Assembly (NCBI RefSeq): GCF_032062105.1
Contig: NW_026935304.1
Span: 1 to 63,637 of the forward strand
Length of the DNA stretch: 63,637 nt
From: Saccostrea cucullata
Lineage: Eukaryota
Direction of reading: 5' to 3'
Shown: positions 25,940-36,766 of the stretch, one piece after another
Position numbering within the stretch: the first letter of the stretch is position 1
How the letters are laid out: every line of letters starts with the position of its first letter
Translations under genes and position numbers: made by a program
Notes under the pieces: generated by a model
The model's input: only the letters and a program-made list of their open reading frames with translations
Database searches by the model: none
What the model was told of the DNA's origin: nothing

Positions 25940-26056
25940 GGGATAAAAACTAAGACGAGTTCACTTTTGATCTTAGTCTCACTTTTTCCCATTGAATTAA
26001 TAGTTGAAAAGGGAGAATGGGATCAAAATACGCTCGTCTTAGTTTTATGGCTCCCA
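25940..26056. repeat. Small inverted repeat (MITE-like hairpin)
   Basis: aaaactaagacgagttcacttttgatc ... gatcaaaatacgctcgtcttagtttt. Confidence 0.6.
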
Positions 26057-26979
26057 TGCCTAAAATCCCCTGGATTGGATATCAGTACGTAAACCCCCAA
26101 ATAAGCCGGTTTCATTTAGTGTTCTGGTATGCAATGTAGACTGAATGACTAGAGTAAATACATAATTATGCTAAATACAACACTAAGTGCCCACAACAGG
26201 GTTTTTCAAGAAAACAACGATCTTTCGGCTACTGAACAAACATCACTGATCATGCCTTATGATTCACTCATTTGTCATTTTCTGTACGTGTTTATAGCAC
26301 ATTTAACACAGAGAGACGCTGTTATCTGGCATACGAGGGTTGTTTGTAAAATTTTCAGACCATATAAATTTTCGTCATATTACTTTACAAAAAAATTAAA
26401 ATGAGCACAGTAATTATATATTAAAATATTTATTTTGTTGATGTGTAGAATTTCAATTCAATTGGGTGACCGAACTCCATCGAACAGAAGATATAAAACC
26501 AAATTCACAATACGTGAAAAATACGAATTGAAATTACTTAGTCCGGTAAACTTTTTTGGGACTGAGGACGTAATTTGAAAGGATAAGAGAGATGTTAAAT
26601 ATTTTTTTCAAATTAGAATTCATTTTTGTTTAATTTCAGCCCCATACATGATGTACATTTGTCAGATGAAGCAATGCAATCCCTCTTCTTACCTTTCTTT
26701 TGTTTAAGTTTTTTGTTTCAGAAGAAAAATCATATATTTATATGAATTTTCAAATAAATGAATAATTTATTGCTATTGTGAGATTTGTAACCTATAAATA
26801 TCCTCTGTATCAACCGTGGAAGTATATGTCAGTCTGTTTATTAAGTTTTCTAGATGGCTAGCAAATTTTCGTTGTAAACATATATGTCTTTTATTTCTGT
26901 TTAAAAAAATAGACAAGGGTAGCTTTTTCCACATGATTTATTTCAATGATTTCATTTATACAAGGAAACATAATTGTGT

Positions 26980-28151
26980 TTAGATTTTCCATCCAGAAAA
27001 GCTGGACCACGATCCGTGCAGATAGGTTGCATATACTGTACGGATGTTCACCTTATCCCCGGCTCTTAAAACGAATGGAAACGTGTTTGAACAATTTTCA
27101 TACCCTTTGATCAATTCATTGTTGCAGTTTCCAAGCCCTTTTCTTTTTCCATTGAGAAGGATTTCAACATCAAAAATCTTTTTTGGTTCTACACAACTAG
27201 ACCACGTAAACACATAAAGCCTGTCAGATGGCGCTGTGAAAACACCTGTGTGCTTGTTGTACGCGTTTCCATAGTTGTAATACACACCATCGTAAACAAT
27301 GTTAACGGGAGTACTTCTTTTAAGGTGTAATGATTTGATTATGTGTGCATTAAATGCAATTAATTTATCTGCAATATAAACAAAAAAGATACGGGGAAAA
27401 GAATTCTGATTCTTCGAGAGAGGAAATAAATGAAGATTATTTGCTTCAGGTTAATTGGACCCATTTGCAATTGAATGTTTTTCTTTATTGATTTTCTAAT
27501 AATAATATAAACGAAAATTTTAATTAAAAAAATTATCATTGCGTGTGACAAATATTTCAAAACATTGCGTATTGATTGCATAATTATATTTACGAGACCC
27601 AACGATTAAAATAAATTTCAAGGTATTTAGGTAGATCGATTAACTTGTAAAATTAAAATTACCTTTTGAAATAGTGTTTGGTCCTTAACACAGCGATATT
27701 TGACCTCCAGATATTTTGAGGAGTTTTGACAGGGATCACCAAACTGTTGTGCATCGGCCTGAAGGTGGCACGTCCTGTACCCATTGCAGTTCCATTTTGT
27801 CTTGATTTCAGACGACTTCAAATGACAGGTACGTGTATTAATTTTACCAGAGGGACACACGCGTTCATCCGTCCGTCCGTAGTTTGCAGATAAAATCTGA
27901 ATCTTGGCTCCTTTTGTACAGCGGATAAAACCTTTTTGTCCATCACAGAGAGCAAACGACTGGTCTTAAATGAAAGAGTTCTTGGGTTAGTTCTTATTAA
28001 AGGTGAAATGACAATTAAAAAAGCAAAATTAACAAGTTTAAACAATGAAAATTACAAGTTAAGTAACAGGTATTTGGAATTCACCTGAAGTCTCCACGTG
28101 TCTGAATGCCGATGACAAAAGCAAAACAGCAGCAGCTTGGAAATAAAGCAT
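26980..28151 (-). CDS. Secreted SUEL (rhamnose/galactose-binding lectin) + gC1q protein, copy B, with a 1-nt deletion at the end of the SUEL exon
   Basis: Signal exon 28151-28085 (MLYFQAAAVLLLSSAFRHVETS, phase 1). SUEL exon 27964-27663 (302 nt; ANYGRT, DPCQNSSKYLEVKYRC). gC1q exon 27368-26980 (AFNA...YN..TGVFTAP..LYVF...GDKVNIR...SFSGWKI*) is open. The direct exon2-exon3 join is out of frame. Confidence 0.78.
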
Positions 28152-30200
28152 CTTTTGGCCTCCAAAGATAGATAAATACATAGTATTCGATATGAATATT
28201 TCACCTCGATATGTGCTATAAAAGAAAAATAAATACGAAAATTAAAGAACAATCACACATATTTATAGATAAAATTAGCGTGATTCAATGTAACATATGT
28301 AACTCAACTATGAAATTGATATTTCGAAATTAAAGTATATATACATTAAATTATATTAGCATAAATGAAACACTCACACGCTAAGATTCGAATATTAAAA
28401 TTAATTGAAACAAGAATTTTCTTCCACAAATATATTTATACATAGTTCTATTTCTGTAAACCTCTTCACGTAGAACGTATGTCGTAGAAGTCTTTGTCAC
28501 AAGATTTTCAATCTTTTCAAAAAGATAAATTAGCACCTTCTTATCAACGAGTTAAAAGCACATGGCATGTTTCCTTGTTATAAAATGTAGTTCAGTCTGT
28601 GAAACTTGGAATGGTTATTATATACTGCAACTTCTCATTGTCAGTCATTTTCAGGGGTGCTGACATCAAGAGAATATGAAAGATAAAAATACTTCATTAA
28701 AAATCGCATGTATAATTTTTTTTAAAACTGAACAATATTAGGCAATATTTCTCAAAAATAAGTTCTTTTTTTTTATTCACAAAATATACACACAATCTTC
28801 GACATCATTGACCCAGATACCTGTTAACTAGATATAATTTTATTTAGTTCTCAACTGATTAAATTTCTTGAGACTTGAATTCCCTCAAAATTGTTGCATA
28901 CCATTCATATTATCACAATAATTTGTGTAAATTCATAACATGAGATAGTCTGGAATTTGTCTAATAGATTTAAAGAGAAAATCTAGTAAATAAAAGGTGC
29001 CTACAAGTTTTCTTAACTTAAAGGTGCACAGACTCAGATTTTAAGTTAATATTTTATGTATAATATCATAACTTATATATAGTAATAGCATTTCACACGA
29101 AATATATTAAAAATATTATTTCATCTAAGACTCATTGAAACTTTAAATTTTTGGATGTGTTTGATTGATACATTCCTGCACTTTAACAAATTTTAGTATA
29201 ATTCTTTAGACTTAGGAAAAGTGGCAATCTTGTTGAGTATTAATGAAAATTATTAAAACTTTAATCCAGAAAAAAATCAGGTTAAAAATGTTCGAAAGCA
29301 AAACATACACACATTGGGTGCGTTCACAGTTCTGCCGTTGCTAGACAAAAGCTGCAGTTGCCATTGGCATGTCACTGGTACCAATGTTTCTTCCAATGGT
29401 ATATTTTTCATCAGACAATCTAGAGTGTGGTTAATGTTGGTAAATGACGTCACAGCTTGTTCTCGACATGGCAACAAGCTAGTAAGACTTGGATCCCGGA
29501 TTCACAATGATATAAACGGTTTTTCCTCAAATTATGCCAAAATCACGTAAAAAGTCATATCAAAGTCGAAATCAATATTTTTAAAGTATCATTTAGACAT
29601 GATCCATTAAATAGATAATACAAAATTCATAGATATGATAACTAAAAAATTATGATCCTAATGTGGTTCGTTTCTCGGCTATGATTCTGCTATGATTTTC
29701 TCTTGACTCTGGAAATTGTCATGGCGACAGAGTAAAGTTTTTTGCGAATATGACCTAACTGTTTTTTTTACATAATTTACATAAGGTAGTAATAAGGTAG
29801 TGATGAATCAAAAGAGATATCTTGTATTAAAAGTTAATTGCAAGACCGATGCCCTAGAAAGCGCTAAATATGTCTCAGTGTATGCTTAAAAAAGTCCCAT
29901 CACTTTTACATTGTAACACTGTGGACTGGAAATATTTCTAGCACAGAAATTACCCAGGCCAATAACCTCTGGGGCTTAGGTATAAATTTAAGAAGTACTT
30001 TAGATCAGTACAGATATTGAGCTATTGTTCATAACCTCTGATTACTGTTCGTTTTGTCAAAACAAGACTCTTATATGGTTATCAAATACTTAAATTCAGA
30101 ATGCATTTTTTCTATTTATGTTAAAAAACTAGAAAAGGCAGCTTTTTACACCTGCTTTATTACGTTGATACTTGTAGTATACATTTGCTTTTAATTGTCT

Positions 30201-31991
30201 TTATACTTTCCATCCGGAAAAACTGGAAAAATCTTGGTGCAAATAATCTGCATGTTTTGTAGTACGGATGTTCACCTTATCCCCAGCTTTCAAAACCAGT
30301 GGAAATGTATTTGAACAGTTTGCATATCCTTTACCTCCAACATTACTGCAGTTTCCAAGTCCTGTTCTCTTGCCATTGAGAAGGAGTTCCACGTCAAAAA
30401 TCTTTTTCGCTGCTACACAACTTAACCATGTAAACAGGTAAAGGCCGTCAGATGGCGCTATGAAGACACTTATTGTATGCGTCTCCATGATTGTAATACA
30501 AACCATCGCAAACAACGTCAGCAAGGGTTCCAGTTTGTAAATGTAGTGTTTTTGTTATGTATGCATTAAATGAAATAACGTCGCCTGCAATATAGAAGCA
30601 AAATCTTAGATTGATTGATTGTGTATTGTTTAATGTCACACTCGAGAATTTTGCCTGTTGAAACCTATTAATTTTGTTAATTTTCGGCGCTCAGGGACAT
30701 TGTGCAGTGAGGGATCTTTTTCGTGCCAGCACCTACTGCGACAAGAGACCTCGTTATATACTATCTCAACCAAAAGACCGGTCTCTACATCCCACTGTGG
30801 TTTTCGAACCAGCAACATAAGGATCAACTCCCTACTTTGCGAATTTAGAGCAGACACTTTAACCACTAGGCCTCCCAGTGATCAAGATTGAGTAATTCAA
30901 TAAAATGTACCGTAACAACATATAAATAATTGAATAACAAAAGCTTATTCATTAAGGAATTTTTGCTCTAACCAGAGACATAAATTACAGGGATTAGCAA
31001 CTCCGCCATTAGCATGTTTGTTTACCGAAATATGTGACGGTCCTGATACTTACCTACAAGAATAACTCTTTTTATGTCTTTTATTTCCTCGAAAGTAAAA
31101 TAATATTTATTATACCATATTTGGATGCCCGATGTGTAAAGTTTTTATGATCTTTATAAGCAAATTGGGCAAATAAAAGAGGTTAATGATCGATAGTTTG
31201 CAAAATCGCGACAATATGGCCAACCAAAAGTCACATTGTAATTTATGGTTTCTCCTTTGTCACTGCATTACATAAACAAATTAATGAAGAAATAACATCG
31301 TGAACAATTCATATAACAAATCAAGAAAATATTCTATGTAATTCCTAATAATTCTAAACTTTTATTTGATTTAAGTTGCACGAGATTGCACGAGATAAAA
31401 AAAAAAACAAGAGGGAACCCGAGAATTTGAACAGTTGTGAATCTTTATTATTTATGTCTCTGTTTTTACATAATATTTACAAGCGTGAAAAAAATGGTAG
31501 TTTGTTTCTAGTAGTCTACAAGAACATTTATGACTTGGTATTAAGTTACAGCCATACAAGTTAGAATGAAAAAAAAAACAATTATGTCTAAATCTTTTAT
31601 GAATTATGTTAAAAACACCTATTCCACAATGTAAAACTATTTCAGAGGTTTTACAATACTTTTCTCCAGATTTTTTTTTAATGTGATAGAAGTTGAATCT
31701 GAGTTATTTGACATAAAATTACTTTCAAAAACATTAATTCTCCTAAGCATTATCCATATTATGAGTCCCTATAGTTAAAATTATTTTGAGACGAATTCGC
31801 AGTTAAAATAAAACATCACAGATAGCACACGACTTGTCTTACATGAAAGAATGAGATTTCGGAATCCTTCTTAATAACAACTGTTTGCAGTTCAGGTTAC
31901 AAGTAAAAAGGAATTAGAATGTACCTGACATCTTCACGTGTCCGAACGCTGATAATAGCAGCACAAAAGCAGCAGTCTGGAAAAACATCAT
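30201..31991 (-). pseudogene. Signal + gC1q gene, copy C, frameshifted
   Basis: Signal exon 31991-31925 (MMFFQTAAFVLLLSAFGHVKMS). gC1q exon 30584-30201 has a ~8-nt deletion near 30470 that splits it between two ORFs. A SINE sits just upstream of the acceptor. No SUEL exon seen. Confidence 0.85.
30608..30880 (-). mobile_element. tRNA-derived SINE
   Basis: (GATT)n tail; body gcagtgagggatc...cgtgccagcacctactgc; degenerate B-box ttcgaacc. Confidence 0.8.
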
Positions 31992-33797
31992 CTTTCGACC
32001 TCCAAAGATAGCTTAAAATACAGTAAATGGTATTAATATCTAACCGATTTAGTATGCCATGACAGTAAAAAGGGTTTTGGTTAAGAAAACTAAGAAAACA
32101 TTATCTAAATTGCAATAGAAATATAGATTGACGTAGAATATATTGTTTTAATTACCCTTTCTTTGAAAAACTCGTTCAACGAACGGCAAAAATGAGAGAA
32201 CAGACAAATTTATAGATGGATATGGGTGACTCAATGTAACGTGTTTCTTAATCGTGCAATTAATATCTGGAAAAAATTTAAATAATACAAAAAATCAGCA
32301 AAAACGAGAAATTTACGAGCTAAGGTTTGAATAATTAAGGTCATACGCAACGTGATTATTGGGTTCTTCCCTGAAGTTGATGAGTTCCACGAGATGAAGG
32401 GTCTATGTGCAATACTTTTAATGTTTATGTACGGATTTATACACCTCTTCTTAAATAAATTTGATGGGGAAAAATCTTGAATACATGTTTTGTAATTCCT
32501 GTATATTTCTCATTGAATACTGCAAATTTTTTTATAATTTGATATATTCCTAAAATCCCTGGTAATGCATACTGAATATTTGTCAATGAACATCTGATGA
32601 CACTATAATCTTAAATTAAGAATATCTTGAAAAGTGATTAGTAGGTAAGATACCTTGCGTATGTCCATAATTTTAAAATATGCTTTTCTGCAATAAATTG
32701 AAACATCATTAAAAGAATTTTTTTTTAGATACAAATATATTTATGCTTAATTCTATGAACCTTTTAAATTCTAATATTAAATATTGAATTCACAGATAAC
32801 AGTGCTCTCCCTACGCTCCTGCCTTCAATCTACTTTGCCTCATATCCTTGCTTTGTAAATGCTAACTCTAAGAAATAACTGAAAAAAGCTACATTTTATA
32901 ACGTTTATTTCATAAATTTAATAATTTTTAGAAGGATGTTGGCTACATGAACATTTTTTATGTGGAAACTTGGGAGTCGACCATAGCGCCAGTCTAACTT
33001 CACATGTAAGGGACACACTGCAGGCCTTCCTGAACATCAGTGTCCGAGCCTGAACGTTCACAAGCGTTCCAAGGAGGTATAAGCGTGACCTGTACCTCTT
33101 ACCCTGTCTCCTACAGTGCTATCTAGTATTAAATTTGCATGGGAGAGGCTTAACCACGCGTAATTGTTACATGCAACAGCCTGTGGAATCTCCTCACCTG
33201 GGTGAGGCGGATGTGACCCCAGCCATATCAGGTATGGAACCCACTATACCAAAATATTAGAATTTTGACAACATGGCACAGTTAACTGTGTGATGACATT
33301 ACACTTTTTAATTCAATTTGAACTTCAAATTAAATCTTGTTAGTAAACCCTTGCTTTAGGAGAACGTGGGGAGGGATACCCAGGTTTTGGAGCAAGAAGT
33401 GTCAGCACACATACTATTGAAGACTCCCCAAGTCGTGCCGTTGACACTGGATGAATGTCCCCAACAACGACGGCGTGTTGTGTTAAGTTGCAATAGCAAG
33501 AAGACAGGATGTGTGTAAGCGGGACTGTGTATTGTAAACAACGCTCTAGTGCATTGTCACCTCACGTTATCATTGTTCCAAAGGCGCTGTAACACTTTTG
33601 GAAAAATACTTCTATAGTTTCTATCGGGACACTAGTTTTCTCATACTTAAGCCATTCCTCTTAAAATGTACTTTAAAAAGAGTCCACAGAAGTATCCGCC
33701 TTTTTTAAAGTAATGTTTCTAGTTTTCTTGTGGAATTAATGAATATTACCTATACTTCTTAACTACCTAGACACTGAACCAATCTTCTAAGTGTTCA

Positions 33798-34759
33798 AAT
33801 AAAAACTCTTCAAGTTTTAACAAAAATTAATTTCTTTAATTCATGCTTAAGGATACATATTTCAGATCGATGTTACTAAATATCATGTAAACTTCTCGTC
33901 AGAATTTTAAGCAAAGTGTCAAGGATATTATGCAACCTGGGAATGAAAATTCACATAAAATAAAAGACCACCACTCTAATAACTGCACAACATCCTTTTC
34001 TGACGAATACTATGTTATCTGAATTGTTCTAATAAGAACACTTTATGTAAAATTTTATTGCATTTTAATACTCGCCTGAGCATACTATCGGCGAACTTTA
34101 ATGACAGCGATATTTACAAAATAATTTAAACAATAAAAGATAAGTTACTCTGACTTGGATTTTCATAACTTATGCCTTGGAACATGTATGCAATAACTTT
34201 TTCTTTAACTATTCATTTTGACAAAAAAGGTCTTGTCCATAAAATTACAACCCTACAACCTAGTTCAAATGATATATAATTTATCATTCTTAGCTTTCTC
34301 TATAGGTGATAACATAAAGGCTTGTTTATTATTACATTGTCTAAAGTTATGGCCAAGTGGGTAATTAAAAACGATATAGAAATCAAATATTAGGCCAAAG
34401 TTATTTTATCTTTAGGTTTACGGATTTTTTCAACGAAAATGTCTATTGAGTGGCGACAAAATAAAAATAAAAATAATTTGAAACTTCTTTCAAACGGAAC
34501 ATCAATGATTTAAAAAAAAAACCAAACACCACCACCATCCTTCTTTTGAATTGTTAAAAATTAGAAACATTTCCTGAAATTTGAAAAAAAAAATTATTTG
34601 TAGTAAAATGAGAGTCAATTTAAAGGAACTACATGTACAAATGATTTTACTGAAGGTTTACTTCTGAATCAGATTTTATTTGAAATCTTTAAAAAAAAAT
34701 CTCTTTTTAAAAATTAAAGATGTTGATCATAGAATATTGGGAATATGACATATTCATTT

Positions 34760-34799
<40 letters not shown>

Positions 34800-36720
34800 A
34801 AACAAAAACAAACAAAACAACTAATTTACTTTGATTTAGATTCATAATCTTGTAAACTGTATTATATTAATTATAAAGACGAAGTCACAGATTAATTGAA
34901 ACCCTACACTGTTTCCTATTTCCTTTTATTAGCATGACCTTTTAGTTACATGTACCAATGGTGGTCAAAGTAAAATGTCAACAACAAGGCATGTATCTGG
35001 GACCTATAACCATGAAAACGATCTATTTATCTGGTTATATTGATTTTTTCATTGTTTCATACACTTATCACGAAAAATTTAGCATGTGTCTGGCTTTGGG
35101 AAATAAAATTCAAGTTAAAAAAAACGTACATAGTCTTTGTGTGCAATTTCTACAATTTTTGTTCAATTTCAACATATTAATTCCTTACTTTTGAATTGGA
35201 AGAAAAATATTACCAATGGGAAAAAATAGCGAAGTTATGTCATTGAAACAGCTGATATTTGGTGGTTATTTTTATTTCCATAAAAATCATACAAGATTAC
35301 GTTTTTAACAGGACTCTTTGGGGAAAAGAAATATTGCATCTCCCATAGTTTGATCTTCTTTCATTCTCTGTGAAAAGTTTCTGGACATCGTGTTATCTCC
35401 AAGACATTTTAATTGCACTTTAAAATAAAGAATGCTTGCCGCCATGTTTAAACGTTTCTGTTTATAGTCACTGAAACGTTTGAAAGAATGAGAGGTTTTA
35501 TTACATGTTTGGGACTCAGACGCATTATAAATATTAAAACCCTGATGATCAGGCATGAATTTTCCGGAAAATTATCGAAAGTGGTGATAAAATCCATTAT
35601 TTTTATTTTCTAGACCCTGAAAAAATCGGGTCGGCGGATCTGTAAACTGAAAGATATAAAAACTGTGGCCTTAATACTTTTTATCGTAAACGATTTCAGT
35701 CCCAGTGATTTTAATAGCCAACAAAATACGAGCTACCATTTTTTTAAAAATACATTTACACATGATTGTCTAAACCTAAAACTAAATACTAATAAAAAGT
35801 AAAAAGCGGGTTACAATAAATAATTATTAACATTTTTTTTACTTTTGTCTAAGATATTGAAAGTAGTTCAGAAGAATCGAAGCTTTAGGCGTACTGTACA
35901 ACGGTATATTCGAGAAAAAAGATGTAAGTCAGATAAGGAGACTTGAATCCTCAAGGGTCATTTAGAAATTTCAAATCTAAAAGGACAAAAATTTGCTAAA
36001 ATCAATAACATTTAAAGGGTAAAACTTTTTAGACTTGAAATTTACATTCCCCGCAATGAACTAACATCAAAGCTTCATGAGATCAAAGACACAAATGGAA
36101 TTCGAAAATTACCTCTTTTTTCATTACTGTCATTGGCTTAATTATTTCTTTTTGAAATATTTTGGACTGTTGACAATATCTTTGAAGTGTTTGAAGATCA
36201 GGTTTTTAATCTATCTGTTGGGTAAGAACTTCGTCCCGTTATAAGCAGACCTCTTTTTGTATTCATATGAAGAAGAATTTATAAAAACAAACTGTACTTG
36301 AGAGAAGATAACACTTCTTGTGACTTTCAACTAAACAGTTAGATATATCATGGATTAACAATAAATACTTATGTGCATTGAAGTCGACGTTGTGGCACAG
36401 TGGTTAGAACGTTTGAATTAGAGTCGCAAAGTAAGGAGTTGACCCATACGTCGCAGAGTCGAATCCCACTGTGGTACGCTGGGTCCGGTACTTCGGATGA
36501 GGCTGATTAACTACATTTCGGGTTCATGCTTTCAAGTTTATTCTATACACTACTAAATGCTCAACATACAAACAATTTCTACAACGATATAAGCTATTGA
36601 CAAATATTTTGCTGAAACAAGAGTTTCAACACATCAATTTCGTTCGGAGTCATTATTTTGCAAATTCTGTGAACGATACAACATGCCTGTTAGCAAATAC
36701 AATCTATCATTATGATGAAT
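33798..36720 (+). repeat. Segmental duplication, copy 2
   Basis: Collinear with 290-4520, including the Penelope-like relic and the 5' part of the SINE (~36385-36505). Confidence 0.9.
34393..35670. mobile_element. PIF/Harbinger-type MITE
   Basis: GGCC-ended ~33 bp imperfect TIR and TTA TSD (34390-92, 35671-73). Empty site aataTTAatact near 1742. Confidence 0.9.
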
Positions 36721-36766
36721 TTACACTGAACACGGCGCTTTAATTTATAAAAGGTAAAAGTAATTA

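Noticed and set aside
29018-29890. Kolobok-like MITE (also candidates at ~10741-11485, ~21630-22120, ~48471-48680 and a lone mariner end at 26333)
   Set aside because: The terminal repeats are too degenerate or unpaired to define boundaries by eye.
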